Positions 40,935-51,542 are shown, counted from the stretch's first letter. The stretch: DNA of 64,000 nt from an uncultured Verrucomicrobiae bacterium (GCA_963735805.1 CAVTMK010000001.1:96001-160000); one strand, 5' to 3'. Numbers and translations: made by a program. Notes: generated by a model not told the origin, from the sequence alone.

Positions 40935-43900
40935 ATGCCCTGTAGCAAACGCGCCCACCCTGGTATCTATCTTGTGATCGTTGTGGGAGCTTTTGCCTGC
41001 GCCGTTCGGGCGCCAGGCCAAGGTGTTACGCCCACTCCTCCGACAACTAATCAATCTACTGTTACAACCGTAGAGGTCATTGTAACTGGCTCAAACATTC
41101 CTACTGCCGAAGAGGTCGGCCCGAATCCGGTGGACACTTACCGGCCACAAGACCTTGAAAAACTCGGTATCCGCAACGCGACAGATCTGCAGGAATTCAT
41201 TCCGCAGGAGGCCGGAGGGACAGTCAACCTGAACATCGGCAACGGCGGTGATGGGACCGTCCAATTCAATCTGCACGGCCTCTTGCCAAAGGAGACTTTG
41301 GTGCTGATTGATGGCAAGCGCGTCGCCTACGGATCGCTCGGCGTGGCTGGCTTTAGCGGAGGCGTAGATATTAACCTCATCCCCTTCCCGATGATCGATC
41401 ACGTGGACCTCCTCAAGGACGGCGCCTCTGCGGTGTATGGCTCGGATGCGATCTCAGGCGTGGTCAACTTCTTCCTGATTCACAAATTCCGTGGTGTGGA
41501 GATCGGAGGTACCTACGGGAACACAAACATGGGAGCATCCAACGAGATGGGTGAATGGGAGGCATGGTTGAAAGCCGGCACCGGCGATGACAAGACCGAT
41601 ATTGTAGTGGTTGCCGACTTCTTCGAGCGCACCGGTGGCGTGTTCAGCCGTGACCGGGACATTTCCAGTAACGCATTTCAAATACCCTGGGGTGGGTTCG
41701 ATGCTCGCAGCGGCAATGAACCCGGCCGCGTCATAGACCGCCGCTTGGTTCCCAGGCTATTTTTTGGGCAAAGCCCCAACGGTCTTCCGCAGATCGGCGT
41801 GAATACGCCGTTGCCACATTCAGCTCCCAACGCTGCGACTTCTCCATTTTATGCTAACCCGTTTGCGGTTAACCCAAATGCGTATCCGGGCGCACCAGGT
41901 ATTCACAATCCAAGAATGACCCTTGACCAGACCAGCACGAAATACAGGGGCGGCGGCGACTACTTCTTCTATAACTTCGCCGCTGTTACGCCAGCGTTGG
42001 CGCCGGAAGACCGTCAAGTGTACTACGGCTCATTCATCCGCGACCTGTGTGACAAATACCTGACCGTGTTTGCCGACTTCAAATATGCGCGCTCGTTTTT
42101 TGATTCGTCGCTGGCGGCCGTGCCGCTTACACCAGATCCATTCCACACGCCTGGGACTAACACCTTCTTCAGTCCCACAGGCATTAGTGTACCAATCTCG
42201 AATCCATTTAACCCTTTCACGGTCGGTGACACAACTCTGGTTGTTAACGGCGTACCAGTTCCAATGACTACCGGGGTCCGGTTTCGTAGCACCAATGATA
42301 CCGGCACCAGAGGCGAAAAATTCACTTATTGGGACCAACTCTTCGACATCGGACTGCGAGGTGAAATGGGAGAATTTGGGGATTACTTCAGGACTTGGAA
42401 CTGCGAAATGGGTTTCCGTTACTCTCGGAACGAGGGACAAGATCTCTCCCTTGGCGAAGTGAGCCAACCCGGGTTGCGCGACGCCCTGTTGGATGCGGAT
42501 CCAGCTACAGCGTTTGATCCTTTCCTGGGAATTAATGGTCGCAACAGCAAGCGGGCTAGGCAAGCGGTTTACATTACGCTGCATAACTCCGGCGAGTATG
42601 AATTGCCTGTTGGCTATGCCACTTTTAACGGTGACCTTTTCAGTCTTCCCGCCGGTCCAGTCTCCTTCGCGATTGGTGGCGAGTACGACGCGCCCAGATT
42701 CACGCGCGATCGTGACGCGCTCAATAACACGTTCCAAACCATCGGATCGGTGGACGGACAAAGTTTCCGTGTGAACCGGGATGTTTGGGGAATTTATGAG
42801 GAAGTACGTGTGCCATTCACCAGTCCGACGTGGAACCTCCCGTTATTCTATAGCATCGAAGTGGACTTTGCTGAACGGGAGGAATGGTTCAGCAATAATA
42901 CTTCTACCGTGCTACCTTCCAAACTCTTCCCGGGTCTGCCGGCAGCGCACACGAGGTATAACTCGCAGAAGCCGAAGGTATCCTTGCGTTGGCAACCGCT
43001 TGATTCCAAGTACATGGGCGCCGTGACCCTCCGTGGCAGCTACACTGAAGGGTTCCGCGCACCGACCTTAGGAGAGCTAACGCCTGCTTCGTCGCAGGTC
43101 TTCCCAGTGGTAACCGATCCATTTTCTCCACAGACCAAGCCCCAGATTGAGGAACGCACTATCGGAAATCCTTTGCTTCACCCGGAAGTTGCCTATGAAT
43201 GGACCTACGGAATTGTTTACAGTCCCAAGTGGATCAAGGGCCTGACGCTGAGCGCCGATTGGTGGCATATCGACTTGCGCGATATCGTGTCGACCCTCGG
43301 CGCACAGTTCCTTATCGAGAGCAATCCGCCGACCCCGGGGGTTCAGCAGAACGGGCCCTTTGTTTTCCGTGGACCTAGTGCAGTTCCCGGTGAGGCTGGA
43401 CCGGTCACACTGGTTATCGATCCAGGCAAGAATCTTTCCGGCGCAATCTTCGAAGGTCTCGACTACGAAGCGACTCATATTCTGGACTCTGCGATTTTTG
43501 GCCACGGGGATTATGGCCGGTTGACGACCATGATCAATGGCACCTGGCTGTCCCGTGCCTCGTTTCAACCTACCGCCACTACGAAGCGGTTTGGCATCGC
43601 AGGCTCATTCCTACCGCCGGGATTGGCCTTAACCAGTTCGCTCCCGTGGAATCGGGCTAACTTCAGTATCTTCTACGACGGCTCAGCTGACACGTGGATG
43701 CAGGGCTTGGACGTGGGCGCGATCGTTCACTGGACTAGTCAGTACCAGGACGACAACGTCAGCCTGACCGGATCGACGAAGCTAAATGAGCCCAGGAGTG
43801 GTGGATTTCCTGACTTTGGCGAAATTCGCGCGCGCAAAGTGTCTGCGTGGACCACACTCGATCTGATCCTGAACTACACATTTAACCTCTCACCGCCTGC

Positions 43901-44174
43901 GTCGGCGGACGTACCCGGCTATGCCAAAGATGGCAGGAAGAATGTGAAGATGAAAGACGGCAAGGAGAAAAACGTGCTACCCGTTTTAACGGCCGAGTAT
44001 GGCTGCAGCAATTGGCAGTGGTGGCTTAATAACACGACCATCACGCTGGGCATGCAGAACGTGCTCGACGAGGATCCGCCGTTTGTGGCTGGATCATTTG
44101 AGAACGCCTACGACGAGTCCATTGCGACCATTAAGGGCCGGTTCTGGTACGTCGGATTGAAGAAGCGTTTCTAA
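40935..44174 (+). CDS. TonB-dependent receptor
   Basis: Signal peptide, EVIVTGSNI TonB box, plug motif LKDGASAVYGSDAISGVVN, barrel strands, terminal Phe (GRFWYVGLKKRF). Confidence 0.92.
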   Translation: MPCSKRAHPGIYLVIVVGAFACAVRAPGQGVTPTPPTTNQSTVTTVEVIVTGSNIPTAEEVGPNPVDTYRPQDLEKLGIRNATDLQEFIPQEAGGTVNLNIGNGGDGTVQFNLHGLLPKETLVLIDGKRVAYGSLGVAGFSGGVDINLIPFPMIDHVDLLKDGASAVYGSDAISGVVNFFLIHKFRGVEIGGTYGNTNMGASNEMGEWEAWLKAGTGDDKTDIVVVADFFERTGGVFSRDRDISSNAFQIPWGGFDARSGNEPGRVIDRRLVPRLFFGQSPNGLPQIGVNTPLPHSAPNAATSPFYANPFAVNPNAYPGAPGIHNPRMTLDQTSTKYRGGGDYFFYNFAAVTPALAPEDRQVYYGSFIRDLCDKYLTVFADFKYARSFFDSSLAAVPLTPDPFHTPGTNTFFSPTGISVPISNPFNPFTVGDTTLVVNGVPVPMTTGVRFRSTNDTGTRGEKFTYWDQLFDIGLRGEMGEFGDYFRTWNCEMGFRYSRNEGQDLSLGEVSQPGLRDALLDADPATAFDPFLGINGRNSKRARQAVYITLHNSGEYELPVGYATFNGDLFSLPAGPVSFAIGGEYDAPRFTRDRDALNNTFQTIGSVDGQSFRVNRDVWGIYEEVRVPFTSPTWNLPLFYSIEVDFAEREEWFSNNTSTVLPSKLFPGLPAAHTRYNSQKPKVSLRWQPLDSKYMGAVTLRGSYTEGFRAPTLGELTPASSQVFPVVTDPFSPQTKPQIEERTIGNPLLHPEVAYEWTYGIVYSPKWIKGLTLSADWWHIDLRDIVSTLGAQFLIESNPPTPGVQQNGPFVFRGPSAVPGEAGPVTLVIDPGKNLSGAIFEGLDYEATHILDSAIFGHGDYGRLTTMINGTWLSRASFQPTATTKRFGIAGSFLPPGLALTSSLPWNRANFSIFYDGSADTWMQGLDVGAIVHWTSQYQDDNVSLTGSTKLNEPRSGGFPDFGEIRARKVSAWTTLDLILNYTFNLSPPASADVPGYAKDGRKNVKMKDGKEKNVLPVLTAEYGCSNWQWWLNNTTITLGMQNVLDEDPPFVAGSFENAYDESIATIKGRFWYVGLKKRF

Positions 44175-44420
44175 GTGGCGTGGTCAATCCTGTCTGCGAT
44201 GATCGAAGTTCGCGAGTAGGAAGCCACTTTTGGAACTCCTTGAAGGCCGCGTCAGGGCGAGACTCCGAATACGGCTGCGAATCCGACACTCTAAATCCTG
44301 TCTGAAAGACGAATTGAAGGCATTTAATTTGACCGTTCGAGCTTTTGCTGTCGTTCGAAGCAAATATTTGGGAACTTCGCTCCTTTTTTCCTGTAGGAAG
44401 TAGTGTAAAAGTTTATCTAT

Positions 44421-44957
44421 ATGTCAACTAAATCACTTCAAATAGGGTTTATCGGATTGGTTCTTTGTGCTGCGAGCGCTTGGGCTGGGCCGTCGAGCAT
44501 TCAGGGGATCGTCAAGGATGCAAAGGGACAACCGATAAAAGGCGCAGATGTTCGGATTGAGTCCAAGGACGGCCGCCAGCAGTTCACCACGGTGAAGACC
44601 GACTCAAAAGGTCGCTATATGGCACAGGGTCTGCCGGCGGGCGGCGTTTACCGCGTTACTATGGTAGTAAACGGTGCAGTCAAGGCGTCTATCACAAATA
44701 CGAAGACCAAGCCGGATCAGACGACTCAGTTGAATTTCGATCTCAAACCAGTTGCCGCCGCGCAGGCAAGCTCACAACAGAAAAAGGGAAAGAATATGGT
44801 TTGGGTGCCTGCGACTACAGGGAGCCATGTGGGTGGCCGATGGGTTGAAGTTCCCGACGGTGGTACCGACGCGGGCAATTTGAACGTCAAGAAAGTCAGC
44901 GCTGAAGAGTTGCAGCGCCAAATGCATGCCGTGGGAAACCCGAACACGGGCAATTAA
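44421..44957 (+). CDS. Secreted protein with carboxypeptidase-regulatory-like domain
   Basis: Signal peptide; IQGIVKDAKGQPIKGADV...TDSKGRY...LP.G.YRVT. Confidence 0.8.
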   Translation: MSTKSLQIGFIGLVLCAASAWAGPSSIQGIVKDAKGQPIKGADVRIESKDGRQQFTTVKTDSKGRYMAQGLPAGGVYRVTMVVNGAVKASITNTKTKPDQTTQLNFDLKPVAAAQASSQQKKGKNMVWVPATTGSHVGGRWVEVPDGGTDAGNLNVKKVSAEELQRQMHAVGNPNTGN

Positions 44958-45227
44958 AGATCCGCGCCCAATTCTGAAACAGTCAGTGAATTCGGCGTGC
45001 TCAATCACGCTCCGACGGAAATAGCGAAGCGTTCCGTCCGATTCCTCTGACACGACGCGGTGAGCATTGCGTCTCTTCAAAATTGGCGAGCCGTCCGCTG
45101 TGACGCTCCGGTGGAATTAGGCTAGCGAGTTTGGCCCTCACGGTGTCGTTTGCTTTCCCGGTGGCGCTGTCAGCGCACACTTTTACAGTCGAAGGAAATG
45201 TTCCTCTGAAAGATGCCGAAATCCGGT

Positions 45228-45644
45228 TCAGCCTGGGGTTTCGGTCGGTGAAAATAGCGCCTTTACCGATTCCCGCGAAAGGACAACGATCGTGAACACT
45301 CCGAGAATTGTTCCGAACGGAATGAACAGGCATTCGATGCAGGCCATCACGAATGCAAACGGGTAACGTTTGCGGAGCGCAATGGATCGGCCGGCAATCA
45401 GGATACAAATCGCCATTGCAAGTCCGATCAAGAACAACACCGAGCCGATTACAGTGAAAATCCAACCAAGAAATTCGGGGGGCAGGTCTTCGCCCGGTTT
45501 CGCGGTGCCATGCCTTGCAGCGAATATGAAGATTGTGCCGATCGTTGTATAAAGCAGTGGAAAAAGAGAAAAGAGCCCGGCCAGCCCGGCGACTACGTAA
45601 TGAAAAATCGCGAGCATTCGTAGGTGTTCCCGATCCTGGTTCAT
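45228..45644 (-). CDS. Hypothetical membrane protein
   Basis: HLRMLAIFHYVVAG start, PFGTILGVFTIVVL.RESVKALF end; hydrophobic. Confidence 0.78.
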   Translation of the reverse strand: MNQDREHLRMLAIFHYVVAGLAGLFSLFPLLYTTIGTIFIFAARHGTAKPGEDLPPEFLGWIFTVIGSVLFLIGLAMAICILIAGRSIALRKRYPFAFVMACIECLFIPFGTILGVFTIVVLSRESVKALFSPTETPG

Positions 45645-45716
45645 TAGCTAAAGGGTCCGGCTAAAAGATCGCGTGATTCGGTATTCGTAAACATAGAATC
45701 GGGCAACTGAACACGA

Positions 45717-47186
45717 TCACGACGTGATATAGCCCTCCTCGCCATGCTGATTGATATCGAGACCTTGGCGCTCGATTTCCGGCGCGATGCGCAGGCCAAT
45801 CAATCGCCTGACAATGGCGCCGATGATTGCGCTGCCTACTACCGCCAACACAATCGTGATGCCGATGGCTTTTAATTGCTCCACCCACAAAGTGTGTCCC
45901 ACAATTCTTGCGAGACCGTTTCGCGTTGCAGGACTGGGCGGTCCGGTGACGGTTAATAAAAGATTTGGATTCACGCTGGCAGTCGCTAGCAAACCAGTTA
46001 GGAACGCGCCAAGCGTTCCGCCCACTGCGTGGATGCCAAAAGTATCGAGCGCGTCATCGTAACCGAGCCACGATTTCAATTTGGTGCATGCGAAAAACGG
46101 GACGATTCCTGCAGCAATTCCAATAATCACTGCGCCACTCGGAGCGACATACCCGCAAGCCGGTGTAATTACCACGAGGCCGCCGACTGCGCCGGAACAA
46201 AAACCGAGCACACTGGGTTTTCCGCGCAGCGCATACTCGAGCATCGCCCAAGTGAACGAGGCCACTGCGGTGGCAAGTGTAGTGCTCATAAATGCGTTCG
46301 CCGCGATTCCATCCGGCGCGAGCGCGCTTCCAGCGTTGAAGCCGTACCAGCCCACCCACAGCAAACCCGTTCCCACCATGCAAAGCACCATGCTGTGCGG
46401 GGCCATGATCTCTTTCCTGAATCCAAGCCGGTGCCCGAGTAAAATGCACAAAACGAGCGCCGACCAACCTGAGGTCATGTGGACGACAGTTCCCCCGGCA
46501 AAATCAATGGCTCTAATCCTTGCAGAAGGGTTCCACACTCCATTCATCCAGCCATCGATTCCCCAGACCATGTGCGCTATGGGAAAGTAGACCGCGAACA
46601 TCCAGGCTCCGACAAAAACGAGCACAGCCGCAAATTTCATTCGCTCGGCGACCGCACCGATGATTAACGCCGGTGTGATAATCGCGAACATGAGTTGATA
46701 CATCGCGAAAACATTCTGCGAAACCCAGTACGAATAATCACCGTTCGGTCGTCCATCGACTCCGTGCAGAAAGGCAAACTTGAATCCCCCGATGAACGGC
46801 GACCCAGAGGAAAAAACGAGCGAATAACCTATTAGCCACCAGAGAATCGTCACCAAGCCGGCAATGCCGAGACACTGCGCTAATACCGAAAGAACGTTCT
46901 TCGCGCGGACGAGACCACCGTAAAACAACGCAAGCCCTGGCAGTGTCATAAAAAGAACCAGCGCGGCGCAGGTCATCATCCAGGCATTGCTCGCGGGGCC
47001 GGGACCCGAAATATTTGATGCTACCGACGTGTTCGCGGCATCGGCGCCACGACCCGAATTGTTCACGTAAGCTTCTAAGTCGGCGACGCGCTGCTGCAGA
47101 GACGGTGAAGCAGAAGGTAAAGATGTCTGCGCGCGTATTGGAGAAGAAAACGCAATGATTGCTGTGAGCAAAAAGACACGCATCAT
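45717..47186 (-). CDS. amtB: Ammonium transporter
   Basis: PGLALFYGG, FAIITPALI.GA.AER, DFAGGTVVH, GWYGFNAGS, DDALDTFGIH. Confidence 0.96.
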   Translation of the reverse strand: MMRVFLLTAIIAFSSPIRAQTSLPSASPSLQQRVADLEAYVNNSGRGADAANTSVASNISGPGPASNAWMMTCAALVLFMTLPGLALFYGGLVRAKNVLSVLAQCLGIAGLVTILWWLIGYSLVFSSGSPFIGGFKFAFLHGVDGRPNGDYSYWVSQNVFAMYQLMFAIITPALIIGAVAERMKFAAVLVFVGAWMFAVYFPIAHMVWGIDGWMNGVWNPSARIRAIDFAGGTVVHMTSGWSALVLCILLGHRLGFRKEIMAPHSMVLCMVGTGLLWVGWYGFNAGSALAPDGIAANAFMSTTLATAVASFTWAMLEYALRGKPSVLGFCSGAVGGLVVITPACGYVAPSGAVIIGIAAGIVPFFACTKLKSWLGYDDALDTFGIHAVGGTLGAFLTGLLATASVNPNLLLTVTGPPSPATRNGLARIVGHTLWVEQLKAIGITIVLAVVGSAIIGAIVRRLIGLRIAPEIERQGLDINQHGEEGYITS

Positions 47187-47307
47187 TACGCGCCCTTCGT
47201 TATAACGCGCGGGTTGAGCACGGCAAGAAAAATGCCATCGCGCGAGTTTACACCGTGGTCGCGTCGCTATATCGAGGCGTTCTCGCCGCGCCTCTATGAA
47301 AATATTC

Positions 47308-47371
47308 GCGGAAAAGGAAAACTCCGCCGAAGCGGGCTGGCCAGGCCAGGTTAAGGCGCTCGACGGAGTTT
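47308..47371 (-). terminator. Putative terminator hairpin after the sigma/anti-sigma/PDZ operon
   Basis: AAACTCCGCCGA/TCGACGGAGTTT stem (one mismatch) followed by a T-rich tail on the minus strand. Confidence 0.45.
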
Positions 47372-47411
47372 CTCCTCAGCCTCAAGTTCGCAAACGTTTA
47401 GTTTGCATGCT

Positions 47412-48470
47412 TCAAGCTTCCGTTTTTGAGGTACTTACTTCGCGATCAACCACATACCATTGAATGCACGGCGGCGCGCAGACCGTGTCGGTGGATTGCG
47501 GTGCGTCGTCATCTCCATCGTCATCGTCCTCATCCTCTTGATCGGTATCTGTTCCGGGCGCGACCGTCGGCAGATCATTTTGCTGTAATTTTTCGTAACG
47601 CTCACGAACATCAGCCGGCATTTTATCCCGATCCTCTTTTGTCTCGACTGATCCGCTAAAGAGCAATTTCCCCTGCGGGTCCTTGGCGGTAACTACTTTT
47701 TTTCCATCCAAATTTTCCAGTTTCATCTCACCTTTGTCATCGGAGAAAACGATTTGCGCGTTGCCAAGGTCGATCCTGGTGGCCTTGAGTGTCCCATTGT
47801 CTTTACTCAGAATGCGAATGTCCCGCGCGGCACGGCGGGCATTCTCCCGCGCTTGCCTCGCCGCCTCGTGGGCTTTCATCACCGCTCCCCGGATTGCGCC
47901 GCGTTGTGCGCCGAGTTGCTCCTTTAACTGTTCTTTCAAATCCTGCATCTGGTCGCCCAGATCACCCACATCATCGACATCCCAATCCCAATCGTGTTTG
48001 TCGCCTGGACTCCAAGAGTGACGCTGTGGTCTTTCTTTTTTTGAGAGCTTGACGGTAATCTTTTGCTCCTGTCCTTTGCGCAAGACCGTGAGGGTCACCT
48101 CCGTTCCATCAGAAAACGTCTGCAGGAGTTTCCTTAATTGGCTCGGTTCGATCAAAATCTGGTCGTTCAGCATCTTTAGAATGTCATTCTGCTGAACGCC
48201 CGCCGCAGCGGCAGGGCTGTCCGGCACAACGTACTCGACGACTAGCCCGAGTCCTTTGGCCAAGCCAAGCTGTTCGCTGACCACGGTCGGCACTTGCGAT
48301 GTTTCCACCCCTAGAAATATCGCGGGCACCTTCGGTGCTTTCTCATGGCCGCCCGGCGCGGGAGGATGTGGCGGAGCAGGAGGCTGCAGCGGCGCCGGTG
48401 GCGTCTGCGAAAAGCCTGTGATCGGCAAGAAGGCGATGGCTGTTGCGGTAACGATTGATTTTATCTTCAT
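47412..48470 (-). CDS. Secreted PDZ domain protein
   Basis: Signal peptide; FLGVET, GLVVEYVVPDSPAAAAGVQQNDIL, VTLTVLRKG. Confidence 0.85.
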   Translation of the reverse strand: MKIKSIVTATAIAFLPITGFSQTPPAPLQPPAPPHPPAPGGHEKAPKVPAIFLGVETSQVPTVVSEQLGLAKGLGLVVEYVVPDSPAAAAGVQQNDILKMLNDQILIEPSQLRKLLQTFSDGTEVTLTVLRKGQEQKITVKLSKKERPQRHSWSPGDKHDWDWDVDDVGDLGDQMQDLKEQLKEQLGAQRGAIRGAVMKAHEAARQARENARRAARDIRILSKDNGTLKATRIDLGNAQIVFSDDKGEMKLENLDGKKVVTAKDPQGKLLFSGSVETKEDRDKMPADVRERYEKLQQNDLPTVAPGTDTDQEDEDDDDGDDDAPQSTDTVCAPPCIQWYVVDREVSTSKTEA

Positions 48471-48488
48471 AGTTGGTTTTTGGTTAAA

Positions 48489-49043
48489 TCATTGTCCGGA
48501 AACCGGGATGAGGACGACTTCTTCGCTGGGATAGGACACGCGAAGCGATGCGCCCGTCGTCGGGTTACGCCATTGCCATGTCTGTTGCGTTTGATAACGA
48601 ACGCGCCGCAACGGTTGCCTTGAGCCGTCGCCAAACTGCAAACCCTCGTCGCGCTCATTATAGACAACCTGCGTCGCGGCAGTGGGAACGAATCTATTGG
48701 AGGAGGCCGAGCCTTGAGCCCTGGGCCTCCCAGACAAGCCAGGGATTACCCTTGTCGCTTCGGACTGACGCGGAACTTGTGCGATTTCTTTCCCTTCGTT
48801 TTGCGTTTGCTCGGTGTTGATCCGCGCGAGCAACAGAACGAGCGCAGCGGCGGCGGCCGCCAGGCCAATACCAAATCTTAAGGGTTTCCCTGTGAAGAGC
48901 CGCCAATTCCATCTGGTATCCGCATCGTTGGCAGCGTTGCGATCTTCATCCATCGCTTCGTCGATCCGCTCAAAAAGTACAGGCGAAGGACGCGCCGGTC
49001 GCAACGCTCTCAAATCATTCTCAAGGTCGGAGAGATCGTTCAT
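48489..49043 (-). CDS. Putative single-TM anti-sigma factor
   Basis: ATGA-coupled to the ECF sigma gene; LENDLRALRPARPS N-terminus and one TM segment. Confidence 0.65.
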   Translation of the reverse strand: MNDLSDLENDLRALRPARPSPVLFERIDEAMDEDRNAANDADTRWNWRLFTGKPLRFGIGLAAAAAALVLLLARINTEQTQNEGKEIAQVPRQSEATRVIPGLSGRPRAQGSASSNRFVPTAATQVVYNERDEGLQFGDGSRQPLRRVRYQTQQTWQWRNPTTGASLRVSYPSEEVVLIPVSGQ

Positions 49044-49531
49044 TGGGGTTGCAAGCTTTTCTTCAGGTTGGCCAGGGCGTATCGGTACCTCGATGCCGCG
49101 GTATTCTGCGAAATGCCAAGTGCGCCGGCGATTTCGCTAAAAGTGAGTTCGTTCCAGATCTTCAAGACGAGCACCTCGCGTTGGTCACGTGGCAAACAGC
49201 CGACTGCCGCAGCGAGTACCGATTGCGCCTCATCTTCCCAGTCAAACTGCGGCTCAACACTTGGATCGGCCTCGGCAAACGCAGTGGCCTCGCGTCGAGC
49301 GCGGCGTTTGTCGCGACGAATAAAATCGAGGGCGATCGAACGCACAGTGGCGTAAAGCAGTGCGCGGTTGTTAATTTCGTGGTTCCGGCGCCAGAACTTG
49401 ACGAAAGCTTCCTGGACGATGTCTTCGGCATCAGCTGCCGATCGGGTCCATTGCCGGGCAAAAAGCAGCAAACCGGGACCCATTTCTGAAAAGCAGCTCT
49501 TCCAATCCTCATGGCAGGCGATGTTGTCCAT
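49040..49531 (-). CDS. ECF RNA polymerase sigma-70 factor
   Basis: DAEDIVQEAFVKFW and LP.DQREVLVLKIWNELTFSEIA..LGISQNTAASRYRYAL; ATG at 49531. Confidence 0.92.
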   Translation of the reverse strand: MDNIACHEDWKSCFSEMGPGLLLFARQWTRSAADAEDIVQEAFVKFWRRNHEINNRALLYATVRSIALDFIRRDKRRARREATAFAEADPSVEPQFDWEDEAQSVLAAAVGCLPRDQREVLVLKIWNELTFSEIAGALGISQNTAASRYRYALANLKKSLQPQ

Positions 49532-49577
49532 GACCTTTTCACGGTCTTTATTTCCAAGACGCCGCCAGCCTGGGAAT

Positions 49578-49886
49578 TTGTCTACGCCATCGAGACTTTT
49601 CTCGTTCATAACATTGCAGGTCGTCGCAGCAGCAGCGGACGGAGAAGATGTCGATCTCGAAAAAGCTGTTGATTCACTCATCGCTACGGAAAAAGCCTTC
49701 ACCAGACGTGCCGGGAAAAAATCTCGCGACGCCTGTGTCTCTATTCTTGCCGACGATGCGTTAATCTTCCCACCTAACGCAGTCAACGGAAAAAGTTTTA
49801 GCGGAAACGTACGGCTAAAGTCCTATGGGCTGGTTGGACGATCGGTTATAGAATCCACGCCAAAAATGGTTCTGGATCCGGCGTAG
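49578..49886 (+). pseudogene. Probable gene remnant: N-terminus of a secreted NTF2-like (DUF4440-type) protein
   Basis: SLIATEKAF...LADDALIFPPNAVNGK resembles an NTF2-like start, then the sequence loses similarity and stops. Confidence 0.35.
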
Positions 49887-49967
49887 GACGCTTCTTCCTC
49901 AAGCTTCGTCTCGTTTTCAGACCTGCACTCAACAGGGGCAATCAGCAGTGAAAAAAGAAAGCCTATA

Positions 49968-51542
49968 ATGAATAAGTTGAAGTCATCGATTCGAACATTT
50001 ACGGCGCTCTTTCTTGGCTTTTTGGCCCTTTCTCTTTGCTATTCAGGAGCTGTTTCGCACGGTAGTTCACCGTCTTCGAACTCGCCCAGTGTGACGGTGC
50101 TGAATACGCATTTCTACCCGACTTTTGGAAACCCCGCTAAAGCGCTGGTTACGGATGATGACGCTTATGTGCTCGTCTCAGTAAATCAGCCACCCGCGCC
50201 AACTCCGTGCGCCGGGAGCCCCACCCCGGCAGCAACCCCCACTGAGAATTTCACGGGTCTCCAGGTTTTCGAAAAACCTTGTTACACGAATCCATGTAAC
50301 AGCCGGCAAATTATTAATTTCCCGTCGCCGACCATTCGCGAAGAGCCCGTGAAAGCGGTTTATGGCATGCAATTTTTTCCGGGCTCGCCGCAAGTCAGTG
50401 TTGGGGCTGCTGTCGAGGCACTGGGCACTGAATTTTTTCGTCTGGCTAGTTTGAACGAACCATGTGGCATGGACAACGTTCGACATGTTCAACAAAAACC
50501 TGTGGTCCCGAACTGCCCTGGTGGTCTTTGCCCACCCGGTAGTTTTGATCTGGCCGTCACGCCTGACGGAGAATATGCATTTGTTGCAAATGAGTATGGG
50601 ACGCTGCCCAGCCCCACACCACCAGATCTAATTGGAGGGGGAACGATAGGGGTCATCAAGGTTGAACGCGACGCTGCCGGTAGATTTACGCGTAACACAC
50701 GGGCGATCCACACCATTTACGTCCCGGGGGGTAGCACAATCCCCGGAATAACCATGTCGCATGATGGAAGGCATCTTTATGTCACGTGCGAAGGATCTTC
50801 AGACGGTGAGGAAATGGGAGAATGGTATCGGGATCCAACTAACTTCCGAAGCACCCCAAACAGTGTGGTCCTCTGCCCAGGTTGCGACAAGGCCGACAGG
50901 ACTTATCCGTATGGCTTCAAAAGGTGCGATAACAAATCAAATGGTGGGGGAGAAAACAATGGCCTGCTAGTGGTAATCGATGTTGGCAAGGCGATAGCCG
51001 GGGACCCGGACGCGATCACGACCAGAATTGCCTCCGGATGTTCCCCAGTTCGGGCAGTCGAGACGGCAGACGGTCGATATGTTTTCGTCGCAGCTCGTGG
51101 TCGAAATAAACTATTGCCTACGCCGCTGGGTACCAGTGGCTACCAGATTTTAGCCTTCGATGCCGAAGAGTTGATATCGAATTCGCCAAACAACGCGTTC
51201 CTTGGGTATGGGGACAGTGGCGGCACAGCTCCCGTAGGTCTCGCGTTATTTGGTACCAACGACAGTCTGCTGGCCGTGGCAAATTCCAACCGGTATTATT
51301 ATGAGACCGTTTGCTCGGCGAACCCGGCAGATTGCACCGCCAGCGTGGCGATTTTAGATGTTAGCAACCCGGCGGCGCCTACCGTGCAACAAATTGTTCG
51401 TAATCCAGATAATCCAAATTCAAGCGCCTTTCCGCGCGACGTAACGATCGGACCAGATGGCTCTACCATCTATGTGCCGAATTTTAACGCAAACTTTCTG
51501 GAAGTGATCACAACGAACGCGGGCACGCCACAATCTCAGTAG
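49968..51542 (+). CDS. Secreted YncE-like beta-propeller protein, Cys-rich
   Basis: Signal peptide; DLAVTPDGEYAFVANE, SHDGRHLYV, TADGRYVFVA, GPDGSTIYVPN blades. Confidence 0.8.
   Translation: MNKLKSSIRTFTALFLGFLALSLCYSGAVSHGSSPSSNSPSVTVLNTHFYPTFGNPAKALVTDDDAYVLVSVNQPPAPTPCAGSPTPAATPTENFTGLQVFEKPCYTNPCNSRQIINFPSPTIREEPVKAVYGMQFFPGSPQVSVGAAVEALGTEFFRLASLNEPCGMDNVRHVQQKPVVPNCPGGLCPPGSFDLAVTPDGEYAFVANEYGTLPSPTPPDLIGGGTIGVIKVERDAAGRFTRNTRAIHTIYVPGGSTIPGITMSHDGRHLYVTCEGSSDGEEMGEWYRDPTNFRSTPNSVVLCPGCDKADRTYPYGFKRCDNKSNGGGENNGLLVVIDVGKAIAGDPDAITTRIASGCSPVRAVETADGRYVFVAARGRNKLLPTPLGTSGYQILAFDAEELISNSPNNAFLGYGDSGGTAPVGLALFGTNDSLLAVANSNRYYYETVCSANPADCTASVAILDVSNPAAPTVQQIVRNPDNPNSSAFPRDVTIGPDGSTIYVPNFNANFLEVITTNAGTPQSQ

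Noticed and set aside
44958..45227. Small hairpins between convergent genes, considered as an ncRNA
   Set aside because: Stems are short and compatible with ordinary termination; no recognisable RNA family.
45717..47186. amtB without adjacent glnK; floA without upstream nfeD
   Set aside because: Unlinked partners are common and may lie elsewhere; not informative from one window.
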